Shown here piece after piece: positions 41,746 to 51,704 of a stretch of DNA of 64,000 nucleotides. Position 1 is the first letter of the stretch, and each line of letters starts with the position of its first letter. The position numbers and the translations under genes are program-made. The stretch spans positions 3,342 to 67,341 of the forward strand of contig CAIRFN010000006.1 in NCBI GenBank assembly GCA_903877885.1, read 5' to 3'. Source of the DNA: an uncultured Candidatus Berkelbacteria bacterium. Its GTDB lineage: Bacteria > Patescibacteriota > UBA1384 > UBA12157. A model generated the notes under the pieces. It did not search any database and was not told where the DNA came from. It was given only the letters and a program-made list of their open reading frames with translations.

Positions 41746-41833
41746 AAAAGAAACCCACCATTGACAAAATCTTGACGCCAGTGATGGGGGGGTAAAATGA
41801 AAATAGGAAAGCTATTAAAAAAGGAGTAACAAT

Positions 41834-42214
41834 ATGTCAAATTTAGAAAGTGAACAAGGAGAATTTAAATCAGAAGAAGAAAGACAAGCCGCAGAAGGTT
41901 TTGAAGCACCGGTTAATGGCCAACAAGAAATCAAAGAAACTGAAAATATCACTGTCCCGGAAAGAAATGGAAGAAATTTTATTCAGTCTATGCGAGAAAA
42001 ATTTCCCAAGATATCCGATGAAGACAAAAAAGCAATTACGGCAGGCATCCTGAGTGGTCTTATGGCGGTTACGGGAGTTGGCATGGCTCTTGGCGCAGGC
42101 ATTGATAAAGGGCTTACCGGAGCAGAAGCAATAGAGTTGGCTTCAGCTGGTGCTGGTTTTATGATGACGGGAATAATTGCATTAGGATCATTAGGGCAGA
42201 GAAGAACGCAATAA
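41834..42214 (+). CDS. Hypothetical protein, acidic N-terminus and glycine-rich hydrophobic hairpin
   Basis: AAGGAG RBS; GEFKSEEERQAAE; two Gly/Ala-rich helices. Confidence 0.75.
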   Translation: MSNLESEQGEFKSEEERQAAEGFEAPVNGQQEIKETENITVPERNGRNFIQSMREKFPKISDEDKKAITAGILSGLMAVTGVGMALGAGIDKGLTGAEAIELASAGAGFMMTGIIALGSLGQRRTQ

Positions 42215-42227
42215 AAAGGAGATTATA

Positions 42228-42530
42228 ATGAACAATGATTTGAATTTAATCGAATTATCAAATAAAACTAAAAATGTACTAGTATCGGTTGGTTTTTCAG
42301 AAGAAGAAGCGAACAACCAATTAATGGACTTGTCGGAAATTATTACATCCGCTTTTGCTCAAAAAATGACAGACAAATCACTGTTAAACAACCCCGAAGA
42401 GACAAGAAGAATATTTTTTGAAACCGCTAAACCAATAGTTAAAGAATATCTTCAGAATATTAGTCAAAGTCTGAACGACGACGAAAAGAAAAAGCTATTT
42501 GATCAAATTAATAACTTGCCCGAAAAATAG
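42228..42530 (+). CDS. Hypothetical protein
   Basis: AAGGAG RBS, 100 aa. Confidence 0.7.
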   Translation: MNNDLNLIELSNKTKNVLVSVGFSEEEANNQLMDLSEIITSAFAQKMTDKSLLNNPEETRRIFFETAKPIVKEYLQNISQSLNDDEKKKLFDQINNLPEK

Positions 42531-42561
42531 ATAAACGACGAAAATAAAGAAGGAGACAAAG

Positions 42562-43428
42562 ATGGGCGAATCACTGGGCTACATGCCAGAGGAAGAAATT
42601 GCAAAATTTGAAAAAGAACCTACGCAAGCTGAGCAACCTGTCGGGAATGAGCCCGGCGACCGGTTTGACGAACTTTTACTTGAACAGTTAGGACAATTTG
42701 AAAGAACTCAAACAGAACAGTTTCAAGCTACGAATGAAAGTTTGGAAAATTTTGTCAGAGAAATTAATGAAAAATTTTCTGCCGAAGATCAGAGAGAAAT
42801 CTACGATGCACTAACTTTAATGTTTACTCTGCATATTTATCAAAAAGATCGGCCAGAAGGAAGCCCTTATGTCAGTCACCCTCTGGCTGTTGCCCAAAAA
42901 GCCATCGGTATGTCGCCCAACCCGGACAAAGGATTGGTTATCGCAGCCTTAATGCATGATTCGGTTGAAGATCAAGCCGATAAATTAGCGTCTCTGACCG
43001 AGCAGACTGACACATCTCTAACGGACGAGCAAAAAGCTTTGACGGAAATTCAAACCAAATACGGTGAGAGAGTGGCAAATATTGTCTCACATCTATCAAA
43101 TCCCGATTTTGATGCCGTTTTAGCTAGTCAAGGTATTACCAAAGAAAATTCTCAATATAAAGAATTAAAAAATAAACTTTATGCCGAACATGTAGCGGAA
43201 GCCATTGAAGATCCTGATGTTTTGCGGATTAAATTGGCGGATTTTTCCGAAAACGCTTTAAAATTATCAAAATTACCAACCGAGACAGATGCTCAGATAA
43301 AGCAAAAACAAAAATATATTGATAAATACGTGCCGGTTATGAAAATTTTCGCCGATCGCCTGCAACGCGACAATCTTTTTCCGGAATATCAAACAGCATT
43401 AATTGAAGAATATAACAAATTAAAATAA
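42562..43428 (+). CDS. HD-domain hydrolase, SpoT/Mesh1-like
   Basis: HIYQKDR, PYVSHPLAVA, AALMHDSVED, IKLADFSEN. Confidence 0.8.
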   Translation: MGESLGYMPEEEIAKFEKEPTQAEQPVGNEPGDRFDELLLEQLGQFERTQTEQFQATNESLENFVREINEKFSAEDQREIYDALTLMFTLHIYQKDRPEGSPYVSHPLAVAQKAIGMSPNPDKGLVIAALMHDSVEDQADKLASLTEQTDTSLTDEQKALTEIQTKYGERVANIVSHLSNPDFDAVLASQGITKENSQYKELKNKLYAEHVAEAIEDPDVLRIKLADFSENALKLSKLPTETDAQIKQKQKYIDKYVPVMKIFADRLQRDNLFPEYQTALIEEYNKLK

Positions 43429-43443
43429 CTAAAAAGGAGAAAA

Positions 43444-44067
43444 ATGTCAATTGAAGACAATGGCGAGTTCAAGTCTAAAGAAGAAAAACAAGCGGCCGAA
43501 CAGTTTGAATTAGAACAAGAGAATACTTCTTCACAAAACGAATTACAAACAGATCCTGTACTCGGTGAAGTCGATGCTTTTCTTGAAAGATGCAGATCAG
43601 GGCTTTCACAAGAAGAATCTAAACGTACAGGCAACGGATCAATCATATCTGAAATTCGTAATGCTACTCAAGAATGGAAAGATTTAGCCGCCAAATACAA
43701 TGAGTTATCCAATCAGATTCAAGGAGAAGATAGGACTGCGACAGAAGCAGAGTGGTCTGAACTAAATAAACTACAAAATAAGATAACTAAAAAACAAGCA
43801 GAAGCTATCTCAAATTACAATAAAGTTGCTAACGGCCTTTTACTGCCAAATAAAACAGAGCAGCATTCTAGAGGTGAAGCAGAAAAATCAAGACAAGAGG
43901 TTGACGATGCATACTGGCATATGCGACATGCCGAGCTTAATGGCGATCCCGATGATTTAACCGAGGCAAGATCTAATTACAAAAAATTATCCGAGGAACA
44001 TCAAACTCGTTCAAGCGATGTCAGACAAGACGAGAGAGATTTCGACGATCAAATGTCTGGAAGATAA
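43444..44067 (+). CDS. Hypothetical acidic helical protein
   Basis: AAGGAG RBS; GEFKSKEEKQAAE. Confidence 0.75.
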   Translation: MSIEDNGEFKSKEEKQAAEQFELEQENTSSQNELQTDPVLGEVDAFLERCRSGLSQEESKRTGNGSIISEIRNATQEWKDLAAKYNELSNQIQGEDRTATEAEWSELNKLQNKITKKQAEAISNYNKVANGLLLPNKTEQHSRGEAEKSRQEVDDAYWHMRHAELNGDPDDLTEARSNYKKLSEEHQTRSSDVRQDERDFDDQMSGR

Positions 44068-44086
44068 CAAATAGAGAAGGAGAAAA

Positions 44087-44602
44087 ATGGACGAACAGCA
44101 AAATGAAAAAGAGCAAGCTTCGTTTGAAGAAAGCTTGAGCGATGAGCAAAGAAAAAAAATGGCAGGACAGATTACCGAATTGGGTGGCCAATTGCATGAC
44201 GAATGGCGCGCACCAAGAAAACAAGAAGACGGCACATTCGAGCCGCGAATAAAAACGACAAAAGATCAAGCTTGGATTGAAAAAAACGGAACCGACCAAA
44301 TAGATATCGCAAATAACTCTTATGAAAATTTACCGGAAGATTGGAAAGGCGAAAACAAAGCTTCAGCCGAAGTAGCAATTCCGGAAATTTATAAAGCTAT
44401 TTCTGAAGGAAAAGAATTAGATGATCAATTTATTGAAGAAACGAGCGATATAATTCATCAAAAATGGCTTGAGAGAAACGGTAGCTGGGCTCCCGCAGAA
44501 CAAAATAAACCATATGCGGAACTTTCCGAAGAAGAAAAAGAAAAAGACCGCGCAATTGTCAGAAAAGCGGTTGAAACTTATAAAGAAAACGCTACCAACT
44601 AA
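44087..44602 (+). CDS. RyR-domain-like protein
   Basis: Two repeats LHDEWR...YENLPEDWK and IHQKW...PYAELSEEEKEKDR resembling RyR repeats (from recall). Confidence 0.6.
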   Translation: MDEQQNEKEQASFEESLSDEQRKKMAGQITELGGQLHDEWRAPRKQEDGTFEPRIKTTKDQAWIEKNGTDQIDIANNSYENLPEDWKGENKASAEVAIPEIYKAISEGKELDDQFIEETSDIIHQKWLERNGSWAPAEQNKPYAELSEEEKEKDRAIVRKAVETYKENATN

Positions 44603-44893
44603 AGATAAAAACATGTAAATTGACCCGCAAAGTAAATCGCAAGATCGAAATGCGGGTTTTTGTTTTGGCCTGTTTGTTTTATAAATGTCATTTTTAGATC
44701 TAAGCCGTAAATGACATTTTCCGCGAGAGCGAGCCGAAGCGAGATCTCTATACAATTAGAAGACAGGTGGAAGAAAACCCTTGATTTTTCTTGAATTATC
44801 CGTAGCTTTTCGCTACGATAAGATTGAGATTATTATACAAAATCATTTGATTAATTCTGGTGGATTCCCTGAAACAATAAGGAGAATAAAAGG

Positions 44894-47800
44894 ATGGGTG
44901 AATTTCAAAATCATAGTGTAGAATTTGATAATTTAGGTGGATTAACTTCTGAAGATCGGCAAGCAATTTTGATGCGAGGCGATTTAAGAAAGCGCAGTCA
45001 AGAACTCAAGGTTAACGCGCTTAATTTAAATCCACCAGAAAGTACGCCTGAACACAAAGCTTACTACGAACGAATTTTATCTTTAGTAAACCGTGAGGCA
45101 GATGGCGAAGAAAAGATGGATCCAGCTCAAGCCGAAGCCACTTTGGATGAAAAAGAAAAAGGTATGCGTGTTAAGATCGCCACCATGGGAGAAATTGCTC
45201 CTAACTTTGGCGGCTACTTGTATGCTAACTTAGCAAAATATGAGCAACTTGCCGGACAAGATTTTTCAGAGGATTTATCCAAATCAAAAGAATACATGGA
45301 CCGAGCGACTCATATTCCAAAACTCGTGCCTTCAAACCTGCTGCCGGATGCAATTACGCTTGGTATTCAAAAAAGATTTTTAGATACTCAAGAATTGCCA
45401 AGCAAAGAAAAAATTGCTCAAGCCGCCCAAATGGATCCAGAACTTATTAAATCATATGCTTTAGTTCTCCATGAAAATGAACGTGAAGATTTTCTAAAAC
45501 TTATCCCTGAGGATCAACGCCGCCAGATTGGTATTGAACTAGACACATCGGTGTCGAGTGTTTTACACCAATCGTTAATTGAAAAAAATACACCAGAAGA
45601 AGAGCAACGCCGCCAAGTCAGAATGCGTTTATTTAGAGAGTTAAGAAGCTCTCTATCAGAAACTGATCCGTCGGACAAAAAAACAGTTCAATTAATGGGT
45701 GAAGCTTTAGGAACTCTTGGCGAAGATGCCAGACAGTTGATCTTGGAACTCATTCGGGATGAAACGGATAGTCGAGAAGAAGGTGTAGATAGACAAACAG
45801 ATCATTTGCCCCGAATCATGAAAGTGATGATAGATAATTTTGATGATTGGCGTGGCAACGATATTATTTTGCAAACAGCAGCGTCTCCAGAATTAAATCA
45901 TCATATGTCTATTTATCTATTTGGCAAACTGGTAGATAAAGGATACTTACCAAAAGATGTTGCCGATTGGTGGAACACAAGAAAAACAACTGCTTCCAAT
46001 GAGGGTCGTGAGCCAGATGATGAAAAATTTAGGCTCGATATCCTAAAAGGTACGGTTGATGAATTAGGAGTTATTCCTAATAAAGAAATTTTGGAATTCA
46101 TTTCAAAGGATGAAAACTGGCAAGGTGATGATGGGCAAACAGTTCCGGTTTCCGAGCGTTTTGAAAGAATTGCCTCATCTCAAGCAGAATTCAGTGGAGT
46201 TAAGTCTAACAGTGAGCTAGTAGATTTACTAAAAAATAATGAAAACAAAGCGATGATTTATTTCCTTCTTCACGGCGGAGATGATCGCTTTAATTTAATT
46301 AACAATTATAGTTTTGATAAATTTAAGGAAATGCTTGGACTTATATCCGATTTGGAAATAAATGAACGACCGATTCAAAGTTTCAAAGAAACCTTGCTAA
46401 ATTCTGGAATGAACGAGGGTCAAGCAAATGATGTTATTACCAGACTAAGAGCAGGCCATTTTCCACTGCCAAATTCACAACAGGCATATCAAGAGGTTAG
46501 CTTTGAAATCTCGGAAAATGCTGCTTTAAATAATGCTAACGGCGAAATCGGTCAGGTTTTGGGTAAAGATCAGTTGGGCGTGGTTTTAACTTTCCCAATG
46601 TATCGTGAATACTTGGAAGCCGACGGGAGCGAACAAGCACAAGAAATGTTTGCCAGAATGCAGCAAGCCACTACTTTTACCGACAGACAGGCAATAATTG
46701 CCGAGATAAACGGATTATATCCGGATTTTCAAGAGAGAATTAAAAACGATTTGCAAGATTCTTGGATTAAATTCGGCGATAAAATGGTTATTGAAACAAC
46801 TCTGGATCAAGTTTTAACCAGCGATCAAATCCAGATTCATGGCGAAGAATTATTGCCTAAACTAGATGCTAAAAGAATTGATTTAAAACGCATAAATAAA
46901 GAATTGCTTATTGCCTTAAAGAGTGAAAATAGAAATGTTTCGGATCTAAACAGTGAAATTTCTCGTAAAAAGAAAGCCAGAACTGGCCTTGAACAAGGAT
47001 TGGCCAGGCAAACTGATGTAGGCAAGCGCGGTGAGCTTCAAAGAAAAATTGACGAAATCGATTCAGATATTGCTAACTTAGAAACTCGTCGTGCTGCAGT
47101 TGGAGAAATGAAAGTTGATGATCGTTTTACGGGATTAAGCAAGGAAGAAAAAGAGGCTGAAGTTGATCGCTTAAGCCAAGAAATAATTGCTTTGACCGAA
47201 AAAAGCCCGAGCGCGATTTTTACATTCATTACCATGCAGGTTTTAGGCGAACAAAGGTTAAGAGAAAACGATATTACTTTAGTCAAAGAAATGGAAAGCC
47301 ATTTGCAGGGACCGTTTCAAACTATCAATGATGTTCTGACCTATGAACGACCAAAAACAGAAAGCAAAAAACGAACCCGTGTTGGTTTACAATATTTGGA
47401 TAAAGTTGATCGTTTGGCAACTATGGTCCGTTTTGCCGACAGTAAAATTTGTTGTTTTTCCAGCTCTAATTATGAGATGCGGGTTCAACATAATACGCCT
47501 AATAAAATTTGGGTGGCTTCGATTAATAAAGACCCAATGAGTTTTGTTCTTTCGATGGAAATGCCTCAAGTCCAAACTGATCAACCAGGCAAAAAGGTAA
47601 ATGAAAACATCGGGTTTATCTTTGGCAGTTTTGCTCAAGATAATGAGGGCAAACTTGGCGTCATGATGAACGGCATTTACTACGCCCCTGGCATTGAAGA
47701 CGCAAGACAAGTCGAACAAATTATGGGTGGAGTTGAGAAAATTTTCGAGGGCTTACCCATTAATACCGAAGTGATAGCAACCCAATATGGCGGTTCAGTT

Positions 47801-47986
47801 AAAATGCCGGAGAGTTTTTCAACGGAACCGATTGAGATGACACGATTAAGAGCTATTGACGACGGTCGTGGTAGGCCGGAGTCAATGATATATGATGATT
47901 TGGCGACTGGTACCGATTTAAACAAACCTCATATGTATGGCGGCTCCGCTTGGCACAGATCGCTAGAAGGTAGGACTAATGGGTGA
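44894..47986 (+). CDS. Large acidic coiled-coil hypothetical protein (1030 aa)
   Basis: Long ORF; coiled coil in the C-terminal half; C-terminal alpha/beta domain (KICCFSS...GFIFGSF...NGIYY). Confidence 0.8.
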   Translation: MGEFQNHSVEFDNLGGLTSEDRQAILMRGDLRKRSQELKVNALNLNPPESTPEHKAYYERILSLVNREADGEEKMDPAQAEATLDEKEKGMRVKIATMGEIAPNFGGYLYANLAKYEQLAGQDFSEDLSKSKEYMDRATHIPKLVPSNLLPDAITLGIQKRFLDTQELPSKEKIAQAAQMDPELIKSYALVLHENEREDFLKLIPEDQRRQIGIELDTSVSSVLHQSLIEKNTPEEEQRRQVRMRLFRELRSSLSETDPSDKKTVQLMGEALGTLGEDARQLILELIRDETDSREEGVDRQTDHLPRIMKVMIDNFDDWRGNDIILQTAASPELNHHMSIYLFGKLVDKGYLPKDVADWWNTRKTTASNEGREPDDEKFRLDILKGTVDELGVIPNKEILEFISKDENWQGDDGQTVPVSERFERIASSQAEFSGVKSNSELVDLLKNNENKAMIYFLLHGGDDRFNLINNYSFDKFKEMLGLISDLEINERPIQSFKETLLNSGMNEGQANDVITRLRAGHFPLPNSQQAYQEVSFEISENAALNNANGEIGQVLGKDQLGVVLTFPMYREYLEADGSEQAQEMFARMQQATTFTDRQAIIAEINGLYPDFQERIKNDLQDSWIKFGDKMVIETTLDQVLTSDQIQIHGEELLPKLDAKRIDLKRINKELLIALKSENRNVSDLNSEISRKKKARTGLEQGLARQTDVGKRGELQRKIDEIDSDIANLETRRAAVGEMKVDDRFTGLSKEEKEAEVDRLSQEIIALTEKSPSAIFTFITMQVLGEQRLRENDITLVKEMESHLQGPFQTINDVLTYERPKTESKKRTRVGLQYLDKVDRLATMVRFADSKICCFSSSNYEMRVQHNTPNKIWVASINKDPMSFVLSMEMPQVQTDQPGKKVNENIGFIFGSFAQDNEGKLGVMMNGIYYAPGIEDARQVEQIMGGVEKIFEGLPINTEVIATQYGGSVKMPESFSTEPIEMTRLRAIDDGRGRPESMIYDDLATGTDLNKPHMYGGSAWHRSLEGRTNG

Positions 47987-48878
47987 AAATTTAGAGCCTT
48001 TTGAAATTCAACGCGAGGCATTAGCTGAAAGATTAAAACTCAAAGAACAATGGGAGTCACAGATTAGTATTCTTAATGAAACAGGAATTCTACAATTGCT
48101 CCCAGAAAGTCAGGAGCTAGGGATCGTTGGTATTGATGGTGAAGAATATCCAATTCCAGATTATAAAGAAATCATAGATCGTCTTACACCAGAAAAAGCA
48201 CAAATTCTGGAGCAGAAAATTGAACAAGGGTTTAGTAAAATGCTATTAGTGCCTTTTGGTATGTCCATGGAGACCTTAGCTCAAAGGTACAGAGAAGTAG
48301 TTCTTAAAAAAAGTAATGAAGAAACTCTTTTGGATACTGATGGTTTAAGGATTGAGTTAGACAAAAATAACCCCTTCCCAAACCTAATATCCCTGAACAC
48401 TGACATCGATAAAAGACTGTCCTACTATCCAAGTAATTTTGAGGAGCAAGAGGGCTTCACTAAGTCTGAGATACTCAGTAGAGGTGCCGGGTTTAAGATC
48501 GAGTTTATCGAGGATCGACCAGACTTATCTGATAACCGGCAAGCTCAAGGTGGAAGATTCAGTCCACCATCCAGGAGTATGCCAGCCAGGTATCTAGAGA
48601 TAATCCAGAACGATGAAAACATGTCGAATGAACAAGGATGGACGATGGAAACGTGGTTAACATATGCTATTACGAATTTAAAAGAAAGAAACCAACAAAT
48701 TGATAGTAATCGTTGGGGAAAGTTTTCTTGGCTTTTGGGCGCCTATTTCCCAGCACAAGCTCCTAGTGTGCCAATAGTGATGTATGCAGGTTGGTCTAAA
48801 GGCAAAGCAGAATTATTTAGTGGTGAATTTGATGATAGGTCAACCAACGCTAGTCTACGTACTTCAGTGGAGATATAA
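47979..48878 (+). CDS. DGR target-family paralog 1 (no TR-matching VR)
   Basis: Shared N-terminus PFEIQREALAERLKLKEQWESQ; ends LRTSVEI. Confidence 0.88.
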   Translation: MGENLEPFEIQREALAERLKLKEQWESQISILNETGILQLLPESQELGIVGIDGEEYPIPDYKEIIDRLTPEKAQILEQKIEQGFSKMLLVPFGMSMETLAQRYREVVLKKSNEETLLDTDGLRIELDKNNPFPNLISLNTDIDKRLSYYPSNFEEQEGFTKSEILSRGAGFKIEFIEDRPDLSDNRQAQGGRFSPPSRSMPARYLEIIQNDENMSNEQGWTMETWLTYAITNLKERNQQIDSNRWGKFSWLLGAYFPAQAPSVPIVMYAGWSKGKAELFSGEFDDRSTNASLRTSVEI

Positions 48879-48880
48879 CT

Positions 48881-49798
48881 ATGAATAATGAATCATTACA
48901 ACCATTTGAAATTCAACGTGAAGCGTTAGCTGAGCGATTGAATCTAAGAGAACAGTGGGAATCACAAGTTAAAATCTTGAATGAGACTGGTATTTTGGAG
49001 ATCCTTCCAGAGGCCCAAGAGTTGGGAATCATTGGTATTGACGGTCGAGAGCATCCAGTACCAGATTTTCAGGAAATTATGTCTCGAATTTCGCCGGAGC
49101 AGATGGAAGTCTTAGAGAAAAAGAATGAGCAAGGATTCAATAAAATGGTCCTAGTTCCTTTTGCTGTACCGCTAGACATATTGATTGATCGATACAAAAA
49201 GCTTCTTATTGAAAAAGATGCGGAAGGATCACTCTCATCAACTGATGGTTCAAAACTTAATCTCGATCGCGACCAACCAATCTATGTTTGGGACAAATAT
49301 ACCGGTGCTGATGCAAGCGGTGAGTTAGTTTATTTCCCGAATACATTTGATCAACAAAATCACGGTGGTAAAACAAAAAATACCCTAATACAAGAAGGTA
49401 AATCTTGGCAATTTGAATTACTTGAAGAAAATATTAATATCCCTGCTAAAGGTCAGGGAGAGATACTTGACGGCCGCAAACAACTAGAAGCCGGACAATC
49501 ACCAAATCAATATTTAAAAGAATTACAAATCGATCCTCAATATCAAAATGAGGTCGGCTTGACACCAGAAGCATGGTTGGTTTTAGCTATAACCCAATTA
49601 AAAGAAAACCATGGCCAAATTGACGATTATCAAGGTCAAGGCAAAATAAATTTTCTTACGGGTGCCTATTTCCCCGGTTCTGACAGTGTCCCGCGCGCGC
49701 GCTGGAGCCGTGACGGTCGTCGGGCGTTCTTGGACAGGAGCGTTCCCTCTGGCTCGCTTTCGAGCATTGGGTGTCGCTCCTCGGTGGAAATTCAGTAA
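48881..49798 (+). CDS. DGR target protein (paralog 2) with VR1, probable CLec fold
   Basis: 3' end aligns ungapped to TR with adenine-only changes; ends GCRSSVEIQ. Confidence 0.93.
   Translation: MNNESLQPFEIQREALAERLNLREQWESQVKILNETGILEILPEAQELGIIGIDGREHPVPDFQEIMSRISPEQMEVLEKKNEQGFNKMVLVPFAVPLDILIDRYKKLLIEKDAEGSLSSTDGSKLNLDRDQPIYVWDKYTGADASGELVYFPNTFDQQNHGGKTKNTLIQEGKSWQFELLEENINIPAKGQGEILDGRKQLEAGQSPNQYLKELQIDPQYQNEVGLTPEAWLVLAITQLKENHGQIDDYQGQGKINFLTGAYFPGSDSVPRARWSRDGRRAFLDRSVPSGSLSSIGCRSSVEIQ
49676..49789 (+). repeat. DGR variable repeat VR1
   Basis: 114 bp; 18 mismatches to TR, all at TR adenines. Confidence 0.96.
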
Positions 49799-49849
49799 TT
49801 TGATATTTGGCTTTTAAACTTTCTTTTTTCTTTATCTTTGATTCGGTAT

Positions 49850-49864
49850 CCCGCCTTCGGCGGG
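49850..49864. promoter_or_regulatory. Hairpin downstream of VR1 (candidate DGR homing element)
   Basis: CCCGCC-TTC-GGCGGG (GAA loop on the other strand). Confidence 0.7.
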
Positions 49865-49893
49865 CCACTGCAAAAATTTTAAAGGAGATAGAT

Positions 49894-50781
49894 ATGGAGA
49901 GTAATATGAGTGAAAATCTTCAACCATTTGAAATACAGCGCGAAGCACTTGCTGAACGGCTAAAACTCAAAGACCAGTGGGCATCACAGGTTAAGATGCT
50001 GAATGAAGCGGGTGTTTTGGAATTGCTTCCAGAGAGTCAGGAGCTAGGAATTATCGGAATTGATGGACAAGAATATGCAATACCTAGTTATGAACAAATT
50101 TTAGGTCGTATTACTCAAGGAAAAGCTGAGATTTTAGAAAATCAAACAGAAAACGGTTATAAGCAATTAATTTTAACTCCTTTCGCAATGCCTTTGAGGC
50201 AACTGTGTAAATTAGTTGAAGGATCATTTAAGAAAGTCTTATCAGAAAACCAAGTTGTTGATGCTTATGGAAGTGATGAAAGAATCAATTCTGATAACTT
50301 TATTGAAGATAATGGAAATATTCTCGATTCCGATATTAACGGAGAAATGGTTTACTACCCAAACTCAGACGATAGCAAAGACGGTTTGACAAAAATAGAT
50401 TGCATTAAAGAAAATGGTGGTTGGGAAATTGATTTTATTGCCAAAGAACCTCAGAAATACATACAAGATATCAACAAGCAAAAAAAGGCCATGGTGCAAG
50501 GTGGATTTAGAGGATTAACTCTTGAAAGCTGGTTGACTCAGTCAATGAATTTTTTCCAGAACGAGAAAAAGTTTTCAGATTATCTCGAACCATGTCTTTT
50601 GGCGGGATCGTCTCTGCGAGAGAAGAGGACTATCCCGGCAGCATGGTTTGCTGATAATCGATCTAATTACAAAGGTAAATATTTAGTAATAAAAACTTTA
50701 GAAGAAAATCGTAATCAAAATAAAGCATTTGGCGGTTTTTCGCAAACTGACGGAAATGCGCGTTTCAGCGTGAATTTATAA
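49894..50781 (+). CDS. DGR target-family paralog 3
   Basis: Start moved to ATG 49894 (AAGGAG RBS; 49906 also possible); shared N-terminus; ends ARFSVNL. Confidence 0.88.
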   Translation: MESNMSENLQPFEIQREALAERLKLKDQWASQVKMLNEAGVLELLPESQELGIIGIDGQEYAIPSYEQILGRITQGKAEILENQTENGYKQLILTPFAMPLRQLCKLVEGSFKKVLSENQVVDAYGSDERINSDNFIEDNGNILDSDINGEMVYYPNSDDSKDGLTKIDCIKENGGWEIDFIAKEPQKYIQDINKQKKAMVQGGFRGLTLESWLTQSMNFFQNEKKFSDYLEPCLLAGSSLREKRTIPAAWFADNRSNYKGKYLVIKTLEENRNQNKAFGGFSQTDGNARFSVNL

Positions 50782-50790
50782 AGGGAAAAT

Positions 50791-51675
50791 ATGAATGAAT
50801 CCTTACAACCATTTGAAGTCCAAAGAGAAGCTTTAACTGAAAGGCTAAAACTCAAAGAGCAGTGGGAATCGCAAATAAAAATACTTAACGAAGTTGGAAT
50901 TCTTGAAATTCTACCTGAAAGTCAGGAGCTGGGAATCATTGGAATTGATCAAAAAGAATATCCAATCCCCAATTATGAAGATATTCTTAATAAAATTACT
51001 CAAGAACAAGCAGACTTAGTAACCCAAAAAACTGAACAGGGGTTTAATAAGTTAATATTGGTTCCCTTCGCTAAATCCCTTCAAGAAACCATAGAACTCT
51101 ATGCTAGATTATTAGTCCAAAAAAAACACGAAAAGACCCTTGTAGGGGCTGAAAACGAAGAATTTGACCTCGATATCAATAATCCTATCGTTGATATGAC
51201 TAAAAATGATTCTTTGTTTTATATTCCATCAAATGGAAAAAGATTCACGAAATCGGAATTTCTTGTAAGCGAAATGCGTTACCCGGGTTGGCAAGTCGCA
51301 TTAATCGAAGATTCTCCCGTCCCGTTCGAGAAAGATTCAGATAAAAAGGAATATGGCTACAAACAACCAAATGGCGATTTAGTAAGAGATTGGAGTCATC
51401 AGCTAAAGCTAATGAAAGAGAACGAATCTTATATCGGCGAAGAGGAAATATCTCCAGAGGCATGGCTTGCATATGCCATCACTAACTTAAAGGAAAAAAA
51501 CCAGCAGATTGATTTTCAAAATGAATCAATTGACAGGTGTTGGCTTGGTGCTTTTAGTAAAAAAGGAGAAACTGTTTACTCTTTATTTAAAAACAATCAA
51601 ATTAACTTTCATATCTATTCTCCCTTTGAGAGGGAGAAATCAAAAGCTATTTTTAGGTCGGTCGTACAGATTTAA
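50791..51675 (+). CDS. DGR target-family paralog 4
   Basis: Shared N-terminus; PEAWLAYAITNLKE; ends FRSVVQI. Confidence 0.88.
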   Translation: MNESLQPFEVQREALTERLKLKEQWESQIKILNEVGILEILPESQELGIIGIDQKEYPIPNYEDILNKITQEQADLVTQKTEQGFNKLILVPFAKSLQETIELYARLLVQKKHEKTLVGAENEEFDLDINNPIVDMTKNDSLFYIPSNGKRFTKSEFLVSEMRYPGWQVALIEDSPVPFEKDSDKKEYGYKQPNGDLVRDWSHQLKLMKENESYIGEEEISPEAWLAYAITNLKEKNQQIDFQNESIDRCWLGAFSKKGETVYSLFKNNQINFHIYSPFEREKSKAIFRSVVQI

Positions 51676-51704
51676 ACTATTTAAATTTAGATTGAAAAGG
51701 TAAT

